In this document: in pieces, positions 1 through 14,305 of the stretch
Layout of the letters: every line of letters begins with the position of its first letter
Position numbering within the stretch: position 1 is the stretch's first letter
Assembly: GCF_006345805.1 (NCBI RefSeq)
Contig: NC_043003.1
Span: forward strand, 5,146,001 to 5,210,000
Direction: 5' to 3'
Length of the DNA: 64,000 nt
Source: Octopus sinensis
Lineage: Eukaryota
The notes under the pieces: generated by a model
The model's input: only the letters and a program-made list of their open reading frames with translations
The model's database searches: none
What the model was told of the DNA's origin: nothing
Made by a program: the position numbers and the translations under genes

Positions 1-720
1 AGCAGGGGAGAGGCCGATTCAATAAAGCGTCGGTGGTGAAGGAACAAATACCTTGTGGTATTCAGTTTCATCCTCGTACCTTCTGAGAACCATTCACAAC
101 AAAGCTGACTTTATCTTTAAATTTTTCCATATTCGATAAAACAAATACCAGTGTTGGTTGAGAGAGTTGCAGTTCCTCACATTTCCGATATCAGCGCTAT
201 ATTATTTCTCATCTTATTCCATCATTACGAAGAAATTGCTTTAATATACGTTCCCCAAGTTCGAATCTCTTCGACCTTGGCTACATCTTTCATCTTACGT
301 TGGTTGAATACCATTTGGAATAGGATCGATCTAATCGTATATATTTGAACCCCTCATTCCAGACGTTGTGTTTATGTCAGACATCGATATTTGCCTGAAC
401 AAAGTATAAAGTAGATATCATCTAGCATTCCCAGTTAAAAAGTGTTGTTGATTACATCAACTCTAGCCTCGGCTAATAAAGGGCGAGATCTTATTATTCC
501 AGTATCACAAATGGTTATTTCATATCTGATGACCACCACACATCTAATATTGTTGTCAAGTGAGACGACAACCACCAGTCTGGCCTATTTCACGAAAGGT
601 ATTATCATCGCAACATCCGTGTTTGTGTGGTTAGCAACACCAATATCGTCGCAATTTGTAGAAATTAAATGAGGATGCTCTTTTAAACGTATTGTTTTAA
701 ACAATCTTGTTGGATACATA
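1..720 (-). mobile_element. Heavily degraded LINE (RTE-like) reverse transcriptase relic
   Basis: Minus-strand frames give broken RT motif 5-7-like peptides (NNIALISEM, CEELQL, KDKVSFVVNG) with many stops; boundaries approximate. Confidence 0.35.
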
Positions 721-1214
721 CAATGAAAGAAAAAGAGAAATAAAACAGCATTCCGCCGTCGTGAACAGACGAAGTTGTATTGTAGTTAAAATTCTGGAAG
801 TCTTTTAACATACTTTTCAAGATCCTAGACCTCGACCTCCAGGACTTTGTCACTAAAAGTCAGCTGAATGATTGTGGATATAAACCAGTTCAATGCTGGC
901 TATGCCTGACAGCAAATGTCACTCACACCCTCGCTTCCAGAAACATCTAGCCGGTTGACAGTTGCCTGAGTTTGAAACGGGGACGTACGGCTATTTATCA
1001 TCATCTGTATATTGCTGGGAAGGCGAAAAGATGTATGTATGTATATATGTGTGTATATGCACATATGACCATATATATACATATATATACATATACATAT
1101 ATATATATATATATATACATATATATACACACATATATACATACACATATATATATATACACATATATATATATACACACATATATATACAGACATATAT
1201 CTACACATATATAT

Positions 1215-1280
<66 letters not shown>

Positions 1281-1599
1281 TATATATATATATATATATG
1301 GCAGGAGAGAGATGGAGAGACACAGAGAGAAAGATTGTTTCATAACAAATTTGTGAAAAACAGAGCTGTATTTGGCTTGTTGAAATCATTCATCTATAAA
1401 CATTTTTGTTGTTTAATATTGACCAATTAGATAAAAGATAAAAGTCATTCCAGCCGGAACCACTCAACCATTTTAGTTTTGGGACATAATATGTAGGACC
1501 AGGTTAAATCGTTTGTGACTCGATATGAAGACCGTAAATTGAGGTTTGAGGAGTATAAGATTTCAAATTCCGTGTGAGTCAGAACTTCTTATAATTATG

Positions 1600-1735
1600 C
1601 CCGACAGTCTTACGAAGCGAGGAATAAACTGATAAATTAAGTACCAGTTGCGTACTGGGGACGATCTAATCGACTGGCCGTCTCCCCAAAAATTTCCGGC
1701 CTTGTGCTTAGAGTAGAAAAGAATATCCCTCCTGG
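1600..1735 (+). mobile_element. SINE family B, 3' fragment
   Basis: GATAAATTAAGTACCAGTTGCGTACTGGGGACGATCTAATCGAC matches the core of the full copies at 49385 and 63154. Confidence 0.65.
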
Positions 1736-1853
1736 AAGTATAATAGTTTGTCGTTGTCTGCCAGTTTGAATTATTGTTAACCCAGAGGACATAAACAAGA
1801 TCTATATAAAAGAATATAAAAAATATTATATATAAATATATTGAAAACCATTA

Positions 1854-1923
<70 letters not shown>

Positions 1924-1959
1924 TAAATAAAAGTATAAACAATATATACGTAGGACATT

Positions 1960-2200
1960 GCTGGAGATTTAAGCAGGAAGTTATACACGAGGAATTACTG
2001 CGGGAACCAACTCACGGGAGGTGCTATAGTGGAAGACCTGCTCAAACATTTATCGATCAACTCTCAGGTGATGGCAACCTCAATAAGGAACAACCGCTAC
2101 GACCAATGGAAAATGCTAGATTGTAGAGAGACTGTAAGGGGAATTTTCGACTCTGGTCACATTGAGGATATTCTTTCGATATCTTTTATAATAATATCGT
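1960..2200 (+). mobile_element. RTE LINE 3' end relic
   Basis: Frame reads GRPAQTFIDQLSGD, resembling the RTE C-terminal GRPARTYIDQL motif. Confidence 0.5.
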
Positions 2201-3190
2201 TTTCGAAGTTCAATATAGAAGAATTCATAATAACTGCATAGATTTAGACGGAAAATAAAAAGCAAAACAGAAAAGAAAACCGCCCTAAGCACTTCAGAAA
2301 TCTAGTGTCCTGGACTAGAATATAACTTTATTGATGAAGTATGAAGGGCAGAATTGATAATGGCGAGATTTGAATTCAGAATACGAAGAGGGGAAACAAA
2401 CACCGCAAGGTGATTTTGTACGATGGCACTCTAGCCATTCTGTTAAATCACCATTTTCGTATGACACCTTGCTGTCTTAATAGAAGAAGATAAAAACATT
2501 AAAGAATGAGCTTCAGCAACAATTCTTTGGAAAGAAAGTAAGTTGAATCATGAACACGTTTGTTCATATGTCTAATCAAAGCTGGCCTAGGGCTGAACAA
2601 AAACAACAAGAATATAGATATTAGAAGTAGATACATATGATATATGTTAGTAATAAATAGAAAATTCAAAAACATAAATCTAGAATCGTATATGCAAAAA
2701 TAAAATTGGAAACTCTTCCCCCTCCATCGGAGTAAATATTTCTGGCAAGCGAAAGAATTGTCCGCCATTACACACATTTGTTGTTTCTCAGAAGCAATAA
2801 GACATTCAACAATTCATTTCATTATACTGCAGACACATCGCTTTATTATTATTATTGCTATTATTATTATTATTACTATTATTACTGTTACTATTATTAT
2901 CATCATCATCATTGTTATTATTATTATTATTATTATTACGATCGTTTACAAATTGGTTTATTGCACAATAACATTTACTGGAGATCTGTGGATTTATAGG
3001 AAATAATTTTCTCATTTCAGAAATAATTTTCCGAGCGACAATTTGTTGAAAGTCAGAGATTTAGTTTAACGGGACAGGAATATAAAATTTATACTGCCGT
3101 CAGGTCATTAGAGAACACGTTAATGTTACACAATCTCATTGTCGTTAAATGAAAATACACGAAACACTGTTATACGTACGTACATATATT

Positions 3191-3235
<45 letters not shown>

Positions 3236-3574
3236 CAAATGTATATGTATATATATATCTATGCGTATGCATGTAATTTTATATATGTATAAGATGTATG
3301 TACGTGTATCTGTATGCCCGAGTGTATATATATATATCTATATTTAAGTATTTGGACACATACAGACACACACATATATATATATATATATAATTGCCAT
3401 ATATCATCTACACACGAACTAATATATGGATAAAGAATATCTGTGAATGGATTTAATGTATATTCACACAAAAATACGCACACACATATCTACTCATCAT
3501 ACATACTCATACACTGATATGCACATACACACAAATGAATACCCAAAGTATTTATTTACCAACAGATTGAGCGT

Positions 3575-3885
3575 GAGCACATTAATGTTGGTCGACCATT
3601 GCTTAGATACAAGGACAAACTGAAGAGTAACCTCTTAGAAATGAAGATAGCTCAACAATACCTTTGAGCGAACAGCCTCGGAACGAACAAAGTGGAGATC
3701 GTTGTGTCAAAATATAAAAACTTTGTTGCAACTAGCATTAACAGGTTCTGGATTCAAAGCAGAAAAGAAAAGCGGCTGCAAATATACCACATACACTAAC
3801 CTGTAATCTTCATACTTGCAACATCTGTGGCCTTCTTTGAAAACCGTTGGCAGAACTTAAATGTGTATATACGCAAACACCCATA
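3575..3885 (+). mobile_element. RTE/BovB-like LINE 3' end relic
   Basis: VGRPLLRYKDKLKSNL...ERTASERTKWRSLC...TCNICG resembles the RTE C-terminus with its zinc-finger-like tail; frameshifted. Confidence 0.7.
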
Positions 3886-3904
3886 ATACATTTAGACGCT
3901 CACA

Positions 3905-5620
3905 TGCATATGCCATCTCCATCGGGTATATTTCTCCTGCATATCTACCACCAACTTATACTGAGACTCCAGATTTGTGTAAGATATCAAGGACTCAATT
4001 CGATGAAACTGAAGTGGAACATATACTGAGAATGAACCCTATCCAGAAATTCCCGGAAGCGATGTACCCTGTTCCCTAGTAAGGAGAGCAATAGGAATAT
4101 TGTGTGCTTATGTGTGGAGGTTATGTAACATATGTGGCAGGTACTAAAAGTTTTGAACTGTTCTTCTGCAGTATATGTCTAGTGAGATAATCGCTATTTG
4201 GGTGTCATTGGCGATACTCTAAAATAAAAATTCTGCAGTGTCGGTGCAATGGGGATGCAACACCAAGTTGTGTTGCGTTGTATTCCAACGGTAGAACAAG
4301 AGAGAACGTGATGATTTCTTCCAGTTTCACCCAGTTACTGGGTTTTGCTGCAAAACTGGTAATGCTTTACAACTTTCATTAGTTATAAGAAAGTTAGAGT
4401 GGTTTGAACTAGGTTAGCGATTCTCATATGGTGATCTATATTTAAAGGTTATTTGAAAGTCTTTCACAATAAAATGCTGAGTCCTTCAATTTGTCTTCAG
4501 CCAACTTCCGGTAATATTCGACATCCACTAAAACAATAACATTACATTTATCTCATTGTATGGGTCATTGTGTTATCGTTTCGGAAACGTTTAAGTGCAG
4601 ACTTCTCTCATTTGGGGAAATATTTGGTCTGACGCAAGTATTATGCCTCAGTGAGAATTTGGAAAGCATATCAATATTGGCCCGGATGAGTATTTCTTCT
4701 GTTTGGCTTCGTCAATTTTAATTTATTCCTTACCAGGAAATCATCCATCCCACTACGTTTATTGGTAAAATGCTCAACGCGTCGTAAACTGTGAAAAAAC
4801 TTTTTTAATATTCTCTTCCAAATTCTTGGTGGTTGACTGCTGGTTCGGGAATGACTAAGTCCTTTCGCCAAACATGTAGTTCCTCATTATCTAAATCCCT
4901 TTTCGATAAATTACTTATTCATTCGGTTGTTTCACAAATATTTCCTCTTGTAGATTTGAATTCTTTCTCGACATTCAGAAAAATGGATTCTTCTATTTTT
5001 TCTTATTATTATTGTTGAGATTTTGCCTACTGAACTCTGTTTTTTGGTCCTCCTGTTTCATCCTGTTTTCTTCTGTTTTCTCTACTGTTTCAGGTATTGA
5101 GTATATTGTTTCCATTTTCTAGCACCATCTTTAAGAATTCTGGAAAAATAATCTGGTTTTATTTCTGAAACTAGAGCATCACCATGTCTACTTCTTTACA
5201 GATAATCTTTCTGGAGATCTTGAAAATGATTTCTAACAGGTTGTACTTCACCGAATATTCTGATCAAAGAAATGTTTGATTTGCTTCTTCTTCTTGCGTA
5301 TTACAGTGTTTCTTTATGTTCTACATTTGTAAAGAGTTTTTACCGTAGTTTATCTTAGATTCACTGCGGGACAACTGTTTTTATTGCTCCGCGTTTTGAT
5401 GCATCTTACATTGATGAGATTATTTCCTTTTATTTCTATTTCATAAGTACTTCTCTTTTGATATTTCATCGAGACTTTGACTATCGAGAGCTTTGTAGTT
5501 CCTCTTGGAACGAGATTTGTTACATACCATCGACCTAAACTACGTCTCACATCAGTTACCGTCTTTTGTAATCCCAAATAATAGCTTTTTGAAGGCGAGA
5601 ACATTTTTATATCTGTTATC
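3905..5620 (-). mobile_element. Penelope-like element (PLE) reverse transcriptase relic
   Basis: Minus strand: EKSALKRFRNDNT, DKCNVIVLVDVEYYRKLAEDKLKDSAFY (PLE DKGxxxVxMDxxxY motif, about 4470-4552), TDTAEFL...IAIISLDI, and NLVPRG upstream; many stops and frameshifts. Confidence 0.8.
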
Positions 5621-6319
5621 TAGGGGTCACTTAACTTAATGGTTCAGAGCACTCAGGGATCGATCCACTACAGTGGCTTCCTGGCTACTTATTTCCTTCT
5701 TCTAACGGTATTTACCCGAGTTTCTAAGCTGTTTTCAAAGCTATATACATACATAGAAAGATGTTTGTGTGTGTGTGTGTGTGTGTGTGTTTGTACCATA
5801 AAAAATATATAGCTATTAGTGTTTATATATAACTGTGCATCAATCCAGTATTCGTAGTCAAAGAATAATTGACTCAAGCTACGACATTCTCCACCGTTTC
5901 AGATAAACAGCACCTTGGGTCCTCACGACTACACCCAATCACTTTTATACTATCAGTGTTTTACCTAATGTTTATTGGACTTTTATAATCTTATCCTTTC
6001 CTGGATCGGCGCTATATTACACACACACACACGTAAGACCAACTGCGAAAATTCATAAACGCAGAGCCTTAACTGTTCATGTAGTTCAATAACCTGGCTT
6101 CCTTTTACAATTCTCTGTCAATGAAGACCCAACATAAACTTACCGACTTTTCAATTTCCATGACAAATATAGAGTATATAGATTATACTCCTAAATATAT
6201 TAATTTTTCATTGATCTTCCTCTCTCTCTATCTCTCTCTCATTGTTTCCTTCCCCCTCACTCTCTTTGTGAACACATATTTATATACACACGTATATACA
6301 TTCACATATATACATGTAT

Positions 6320-6340
6320 AGACACACACGTATAGATATA

Positions 6341-6388
<48 letters not shown>

Positions 6389-6392
6389 ATAT

Positions 6393-6434
<42 letters not shown>

Positions 6435-6475
6435 ATAAATATAGACACACACCTATAGATATATGTATGTATGTT

Positions 6476-6519
<44 letters not shown>

Positions 6520-6538
6520 ACCTATAGATATATGTATG

Positions 6539-6581
<43 letters not shown>

Positions 6582-6601
6582 CACCTATAGATATATGTAT
6601 G

Positions 6602-6643
<42 letters not shown>

Positions 6644-6671
6644 CACACACCTATAGATATATGTATGTATG

Positions 6672-6704
<33 letters not shown>

Positions 6705-6913
6705 CTATAGATATATGTATGTATGTATAATATATATTATATATAATATAAGATATAGACACACCCTATAGATATATATGTATATATATATATACTATAT
6801 ATATATATAGACACAAACCTATAGATATATGTATGTATATATATATATATATAGACCACACCTATAGATATATGTATGTATGTGTATATATATATATAGA
6901 CACACACCTATAG

Positions 6914-6946
<33 letters not shown>

Positions 6947-7107
6947 ATATAATAGACACACACCATAGATATATGTATGTATGTATATATATATATATAT
7001 ATAATTATATATATAATTATATACACACACCTATAGATATATGTATGTATGTATATATATATAATATAATATATATATATAGACACACACCTATAGATAT
7101 ATGTATG

Positions 7108-7149
<42 letters not shown>

Positions 7150-7177
7150 CACACACCTATAGATATATGTATGTATG

Positions 7178-7210
<33 letters not shown>

Positions 7211-7433
7211 CTATAGATATATGTATGTATGTATAATATATATTATATATAATATAAGATATAGACACACCCTATAGATATATATGTATATATATATATA
7301 CTATATATATATATAGACACAAACCTATAGATATATGTATGTATATAATATATAATATAGACACACACCTATAGATATATGTATGTATGTGTATATATAT
7401 TATAGACACACACCTATAGATATATATAGTATG

Positions 7434-7468
<35 letters not shown>

Positions 7469-7643
7469 CTACAGATACATGTATGTATGTGTGCGTGTAT
7501 ATATATATATAGACACACACCTATAGATATATATATGTATGTATATATATATATATATTATAGTATAGACACACACCTACAGATACATGTATGTATGTGT
7601 GTGCGGTATATATATATATATAGACACACACCTATAGATTATG

Positions 7644-7690
<47 letters not shown>

Positions 7691-7763
7691 CTATAGATAT
7701 ATGTATATATTATATATATTATATATATATATATATAGACACACACCTATAGATATATGTATG

Positions 7764-7800
<37 letters not shown>
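6320..7800. repeat. Compound minisatellite, unit ATAGACACACACCTATAGATATATGTATGTATGT(AT)n, about two dozen units
   Basis: Unit directly visible; a higher-order duplication with 506 bp offset gives identical ORF starts at 6762 and 7268. Confidence 0.9.
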
Positions 7801-7805
<5 letters not shown>

Positions 7806-7989
7806 GTACATAAATTTGTAGAGACACACACAGGCTCTCACAGACACACACCCACGTGCAAACAGGGTCTCTCCTCTCTCCCTCACACACACTCTACACA
7901 CACACACACGCACATACATAATAACGGAAAGTGTGTATGTGTGTGAGAGAGAGAAAGAGCGGGAGAGAGAGAGAGAGAAACATAGAACT

Positions 7990-8330
7990 AGATCCAGATA
8001 TTATGAATGAGACGAGGAGAAAGAGAGGTTTTAATGAGGAAGAAATATAGAGTTACCATTTCTCTCTCTATTTCTCCATTAAAGAAACCATAAAGCTTCC
8101 AAGATTGGTGAAGTTTCAATTCCAATTCTATTTCATTGTGAATCGCTTTTGCAATGGAACCCAGTGTGGTCACATAGAAACTCAATATGGCCTTTAATTT
8201 AAACCCTTTTCTCCAGCACTCTAAGACAACGTGATTTTTCCAGCAAGTAGCGCTGTTAATAATCAATGACTTCACTAAATCATTGATCTCTACATAAGCT
8301 GTAAGGTCACGTATATTCTTTACATATTCC
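7990..8330 (-). mobile_element. Possible degraded LINE RT fragment
   Basis: A frame other than the listed ORF reads SAGEKGLN...NFTNLGSFM, like RT motifs 6-7 (GLxIN...FxYLGS). Confidence 0.3.
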
Positions 8331-9715
8331 ACAAATACTTTGCCCAGATTCTTTTTCTCTAATATTTAGATTTTCTCTAAACCCTCGCCCCGTCTCCACA
8401 CACACACCTCTTGCTCTGACAAAATCTGTTATTCTTTTTCAATCTTCTTCGTCTTCTTCTTCTTCTTCTGATGATGATGTTGACGATTGTGATGAATAGT
8501 ATTGTTCGTGACGACGACAACGTCCACGATGATGATTATGATGAAGAGTGATTATTATTATTATTATTATTAATCTGTTGCTATTATCTCTTCCAACTAG
8601 ATCAGCCAGCAGCGCCACCTTGTCATTGAAGTGGGACGTTTTAAATACAATACCCAGATATTTCGCACAGATTAACTCTCCATTCAACAGAAAACGTTGT
8701 TTGTTTGTTGCAGTAGTGGTGGTAGTAGTAGTCACAGTAGTAGCCGCAACCCCAGCCCCAGCAGTAGTAGTAGTAGTAGTATTAGTAATAATAATAATAA
8801 TAGTAGCATCTGTTATTATTGTTGTTGTTGCTGTTGTCTTTCTTTTCTAGTTCATCTCCTTTCAGTCGTTGTCAATGAGTCTTACGTCCGTTTCCCTCAC
8901 CCCCCTTCAACCATAAAATAATATTATTTGATAGAATATCTTTTAACAAAAATCCCAGTGACAGGGAGAGAGGAAGAGAGGGGGGGATATCCTTCTATTA
9001 GCCTACCATTCTAACCATTCCCTCCCCGCTGACTTCTATTGTTCCAATCGCTTTAAGTGTGCGAAAACTATCGACAAATCAACACCAGAGTCAGTTGTTT
9101 TCTTTATTATTTATATTCATGTTTCGTTTGTAGAATTTTTTTTACTTACGCTTTTTTAGATTTATTAGGGAAATGACTGTAAAATATTCCCTTCAGGCTG
9201 TTATTCTGTAAGAGTGAGGAATGAAAGGTACTCCCTCCAAACTGTTTGGTGGTGCAACATAACCTCTACAGGCAAACAGGTTGGAGAGAGAGGGTTTTGG
9301 AGTAAAAAAATATAAATAAATGTTAGAAAATACACACTCACATGCACGTATGTACACATATAGAGTCACACAAATACACACGCACATAACAAAAACAAAA
9401 AAACCTATTGACATCTGTTTTCACAAAGATGGCAAGATGGTGCGCGCACACACACCTGTGTACACAGAGAACACACAAAACTGCCCACTTAATTTACACA
9501 CACACACAAACTTACACACCACGAATACATAAATACACAAAGCACTCAGATGTGTATTTAAACACAACATCGCTACCCCCGCTCTCTTTGTAATTTAAAA
9601 ATGAACCTCATGATAGTTTGTGTATATATATATACATTATACATACATCAATATGTATATATATATATATGTTTGTATGAATTTACATATATCTGCTCAT
9701 AGGTATGTGTATGTG

Positions 9716-9759
<44 letters not shown>

Positions 9760-10311
9760 AATATACATACATATATCATATAGAGAAAAAAGGCGGGGAT
9801 TCGTTTAAAAAACTAACAATTTCTCAAGAACTGTCCAAAACACAAACAATACGAAATCAATGAAAGCAACGTTAAGTTACTTAAAGTGATAAACGAGGCG
9901 CCACCTGTCTTAATTCCCAAAATAAATATGGCCGCTCTTCTGAGAAGTTTAGAAGTTTTCAAAGCGAAAAATCATTGCAAAAAAGACAAAAAATCCATTA
10001 TTAACAAATAAACAGCCTGAAGAAAGGTGAGAATTAAATGGTGGAGATTGTCAGAAGTATTTCCGATGTATGTGATATAGATTAAATTTTACACACGCAC
10101 CCACATACAAACACACACACATATAACTAGTGTGTAAATAAGCATAGGGTTTCAGAGTTAGAGAAGATGAACGAGTCATGTGCATTCATAATACATCTAC
10201 CCCCTATTATGTTAGTGTTTTCGCTGTCATTCATATATATATATATACACATATAAGTATATGTATATATACATATGTATATTGTGTGTTTAGCTCTATG
10301 CGTATATATAT

Positions 10312-10367
<56 letters not shown>

Positions 10368-10506
10368 TATATGTTTGTGTGTGTATTGTACTACATGGTA
10401 CTCACCCCAAAGGGGATGCCTGGAACTTCTGGGAGAGTGTAGTGACGTCCACTTAGCGGCCTGGTATAGCTCTCGATGTCAAAGTTTGGTGCCAATCTCT
10501 CAGTTC

Positions 10507-10553
<47 letters not shown>

Positions 10554-10683
10554 CACAATGAGGATATTTAAACCTCTTATAGAGATATTTTTATCAAAGA
10601 TACACTCATTTAATATGTTGTATTTTGAAGATATATTTGGTTAATGAATATGTGATATAAAATATAGTAAAATAACAAATATT

Positions 10684-11063
10684 ATTATCGAATTTGAATA
10701 CAGAGATACAATGGATACAATTTAATTTTATTAATTAACATAATCACCTGCAATTGTTTAATTTCTCAAATTAAATTAAAACTATAAAATATCTATAAAT
10801 AAATTTTGCATTTTTACATACTATGGATGGAAATTCGTCAGAATATATATTCTGAATATTCCAAGAAATCATAATGTAATCCTTGTATTGTCCTTTGTGT
10901 ACCTGATGATTTTCCATCCAAGGTATTTTAAAATGCAAAATTATATATTTATATATGTTTTGTAGTTTGAATTTTGGTTGAGAAATGAAACAATTGTAGG
11001 TGATTATGTTAATTTATAAATTAATGTGCAGCCATTAGATCTCTCTGTATCAAACTCAATAAT
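10684..11063. mobile_element. Foldback-type MITE with about 160 bp degenerate terminal inverted repeats
   Basis: 10684-10841 is the reverse complement of 10903-11063 (e.g. AATTAACATAATCACCTGCAATTGTTT / AAACAATTGTAGGTGATTATGTTAATT). Confidence 0.75.
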
Positions 11064-11074
11064 TATACACACAT

Positions 11075-11107
<33 letters not shown>

Positions 11108-11178
11108 CATATATGTGTGTGTGTGTGTGCGTGTAGGTGTGTATAGATAGATGATAGATATACGTATATACATACAGA

Positions 11179-11398
11179 CCAGGGTGTCCGAAAAAGATCC
11201 TGGTTTGAGGTAAAGGAAAACACAGGAGGATCAGTTAATTATGGTTTTATTTCACATACACTTCTATCAGATTCACATACTTATTTATAGCGGTCCTTCA
11301 GTTTTTCTAAGCCCTGTAAAAGAACACGGAAGGTAGGGCCTCCAATCAGGCCTTTCCCGATATCCTTAAAGCCAGGATCTTTTCGGCAACGCCTCGTA
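11179..11398. mobile_element. Tc1/mariner-type MITE
   Basis: Imperfect TIRs CCGAAAAAGATCCTGGTTT / AAAGCCAGGATCTTTTCGG; right end CCTCG-TA. Confidence 0.6.
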
Positions 11399-11492
11399 TC
11401 TATCAATCTGTCTGACTGTGTATTTACACATATATATGTACACATACTCGCACAAACACATACATATGTATATATATATGAATATACATGTG

Positions 11493-11529
<37 letters not shown>

Positions 11530-11762
11530 TTAAATAATGAGGGAGATAAATTAATATTAATCTAAAACCAGTAGTTTAGCATACAAAGATCTAATTCTGT
11601 TTTTTATATAAATTTTCATCTGTCTTGCCCGCCTAATTTGTTTCTGGTGTTCGCTGAATTTTCCTCTAGAGAGCATTCTGTGTAGTTTGATCGTTGATGA
11701 TCTATTTCTAGCATGCGGCCGACTACCTAGCGATCTTGCCCTGTCAATATACACACACACAC

Positions 11763-11829
<67 letters not shown>

Positions 11830-11832
<3 letters not shown>

Positions 11833-11930
11833 CTGGTCGCTGGGGTGGCGTCGTTCGAAGGCTAAAACAATGCGCACGAATTGTGACCAGCGATGTGTAG
11901 CAACATCTGATGGTCTGGTCGGTCACATGA
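11830..11930 (+). mobile_element. SINE family C 3' fragment
   Basis: Reverse complement of 36181-36290 (TGTGACCAGCGATGTGTAGCAACATCTGAT). Confidence 0.7.
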
Positions 11931-12477
11931 TCATATATATATATATTATATATATATATATATATATACACGTATGGATACAACTGTTGATTTTGTGCGT
12001 TTTGCTATCGGCTGGACACATTAGTCCAAATATAATTGATTAACGATTAAGAACATTTTAACCATAACTATCCCGATTTCTTTACATCATCTGCGACAAT
12101 CACAAAACCAGACAATGAATAAAGCGATAAAGCACAACACAAAATTGTTAATAAATCTGACTTTTCTAAAATATACGGAATAAAGGTATAAGGAAATGTT
12201 TATTGTTCTCTATAATAGTCCTAAATAATGCGTGTGCATAAAAATTAAATGCGTAATGTATACTATATGCATGTACACACGGAGCAACACTGCGAAACAA
12301 AACGAATATGTATGTATATTCGGAGATAATATACATTATTATCTTCAGATAACTGAAGAGGTTATCGGGTGCAAGTGATTTATGTTTGCCGTGCTATCGT
12401 CCATTTTTCTGCAGGTTGAGATTTGATGGTTTCCGTTTGTTGCATTCTTTCTGTTCTACCTTTGATTTTATATATAT

Positions 12478-12929
12478 ACTAGCAATATTGCTCGGCTTTG
12501 CAAAATGGTCACATTTAATTCAAAGCGTTAAAAATGTTATGAAAACAATTGGTATGTGTTCATAAAGTCCAAACGATTAATACGAAAAAACCTTCCAGGC
12601 TACATCCCGAATTTCTACAATGTTTACGGCGATTCGTTTATATATCATGATTTTTTATTTTTCATGCAATTTACGCATTCTTGCACGCGTGGTGAACACA
12701 GTTCACGTCATACAGCTGACTGAGTAAAGTTCGCTATTCAATTCATGGAATAAGGCCTAAACAAACACATTATCGATTTTTGCACTTGCGAGATGAATTT
12801 CGGAACAGAAATAGCGCAGTCCAATTTTCATTCGCCTAAACTTTAAGTGACCTATTTTTTGTGGTTCTACGATTTGTTGGCTAGGAGGAGATGTGCCGGG
12901 AATTTAAACACACAGACACACAAGTTGAG

Positions 12930-12930
<1 letters not shown>
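12478..12930 (+). mobile_element. Possible non-autonomous Helitron-like repeat
   Basis: Starts TACTAGCAATATTGCTCGGCTTTGC within (TA)n and ends in ACACACAGACAC..(TA)n; recalled similarity only. Confidence 0.3.
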
Positions 12931-12982
<52 letters not shown>

Positions 12983-12993
12983 TATATATATAT

Positions 12994-13046
<53 letters not shown>

Positions 13047-13371
13047 GAGGTAGAGGGACAAAAAGAGAGATAATCCTGGCGGTTACCGTGTTGTCTCTTC
13101 TATCGGTCCCCAATGCCGGCTTACCGCAGCGAATGTTGGTGAAACTCAAATTAGTGAAAATATATTAGCCTCGGTTATTATCTTCGCTTGGTAAATCGTA
13201 CAGCTATAAAAATGACCCTGAGGATGCTGCACCGATAATTAACACCAAGATGCACCCATAGCAGTGTGCATTTCAGCTCAAACGTGCGTAACTCTGAGAG
13301 AAGAAAGATTTAAACAACTGTATAAGAAAATTGGATGTATATATCTCCGCTCTCCTGATATTCAATAATCT

Positions 13372-13434
<63 letters not shown>

Positions 13435-14258
13435 TGTTATATTTCGGGTTGGTCATGTTTTTCTTGTCAATTAAACACACGCGCTGTATATTCATTCTTC
13501 ACTTCAGATTTATTATTTTTTCAATTTATATACAGACACATACACAAACACACGCATATGCATACATACATACACGTGTGTGTGTACGTGTGTTATGTGT
13601 GTGTGTATGTTTAAGAATGAATTTATGCATGTATATGATTGTGTGTAGGTATTGAATAACTTTTTATTCTTCCACGTATTCTTAACGTTAGTCAGATCCA
13701 CGCCGTTACCGTAGACTTAGTATTAAAAACAAAATTGTTAGAATTCTGTTAGGATGAGCTACGATCAAGAAAGCTACTCTGTGGATTTTCGTACGGGATT
13801 TCATAGTTATGTCAAGAATAACGCATTTGTTATTTAGACAAACCTACGAAATGTGGGAGTTGTTCTCCTTAAAAGATAGGATCCCATTCTTAATGGAAAC
13901 CAGTGATGACCCGCACTTGAGTAACTGCCATACCCAGCTATGTCGAAATATTTCACTCTTCATCCAAATTCGGTCTTCTAAATAGTTATCGATTTATAAA
14001 TAACACACACACACACACACATACAACTACGTACAGACGCACCCGTATATAAGTATTTATTATTTCTCCTCAACTCTCTCCGTCACTCTCTCACACATAG
14101 AGATATGTGTGTGTGTGTGTATATATATATGTGTGTCTGTCTGTCTGTCTGTCTGTGTGTGCGTGCATATATATGTATATATCCGTGTGTGTATGCATAT
14201 ATATATATATGTATGTGTGCGTGTGTATATGTATGTACGTATGTACATATGTGTATAT

Positions 14259-14305
<47 letters not shown>

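Noticed and set aside
3618-3645. CUGAAGA...GAAA string
   Set aside because: Lies inside RTE coding relic with no valid stems; coincidence.
7988-8332. 114 aa minus-strand ORF as a host exon
   Set aside because: No recognisable domain or good splice sites; a neighbouring frame has LINE RT-like motifs.
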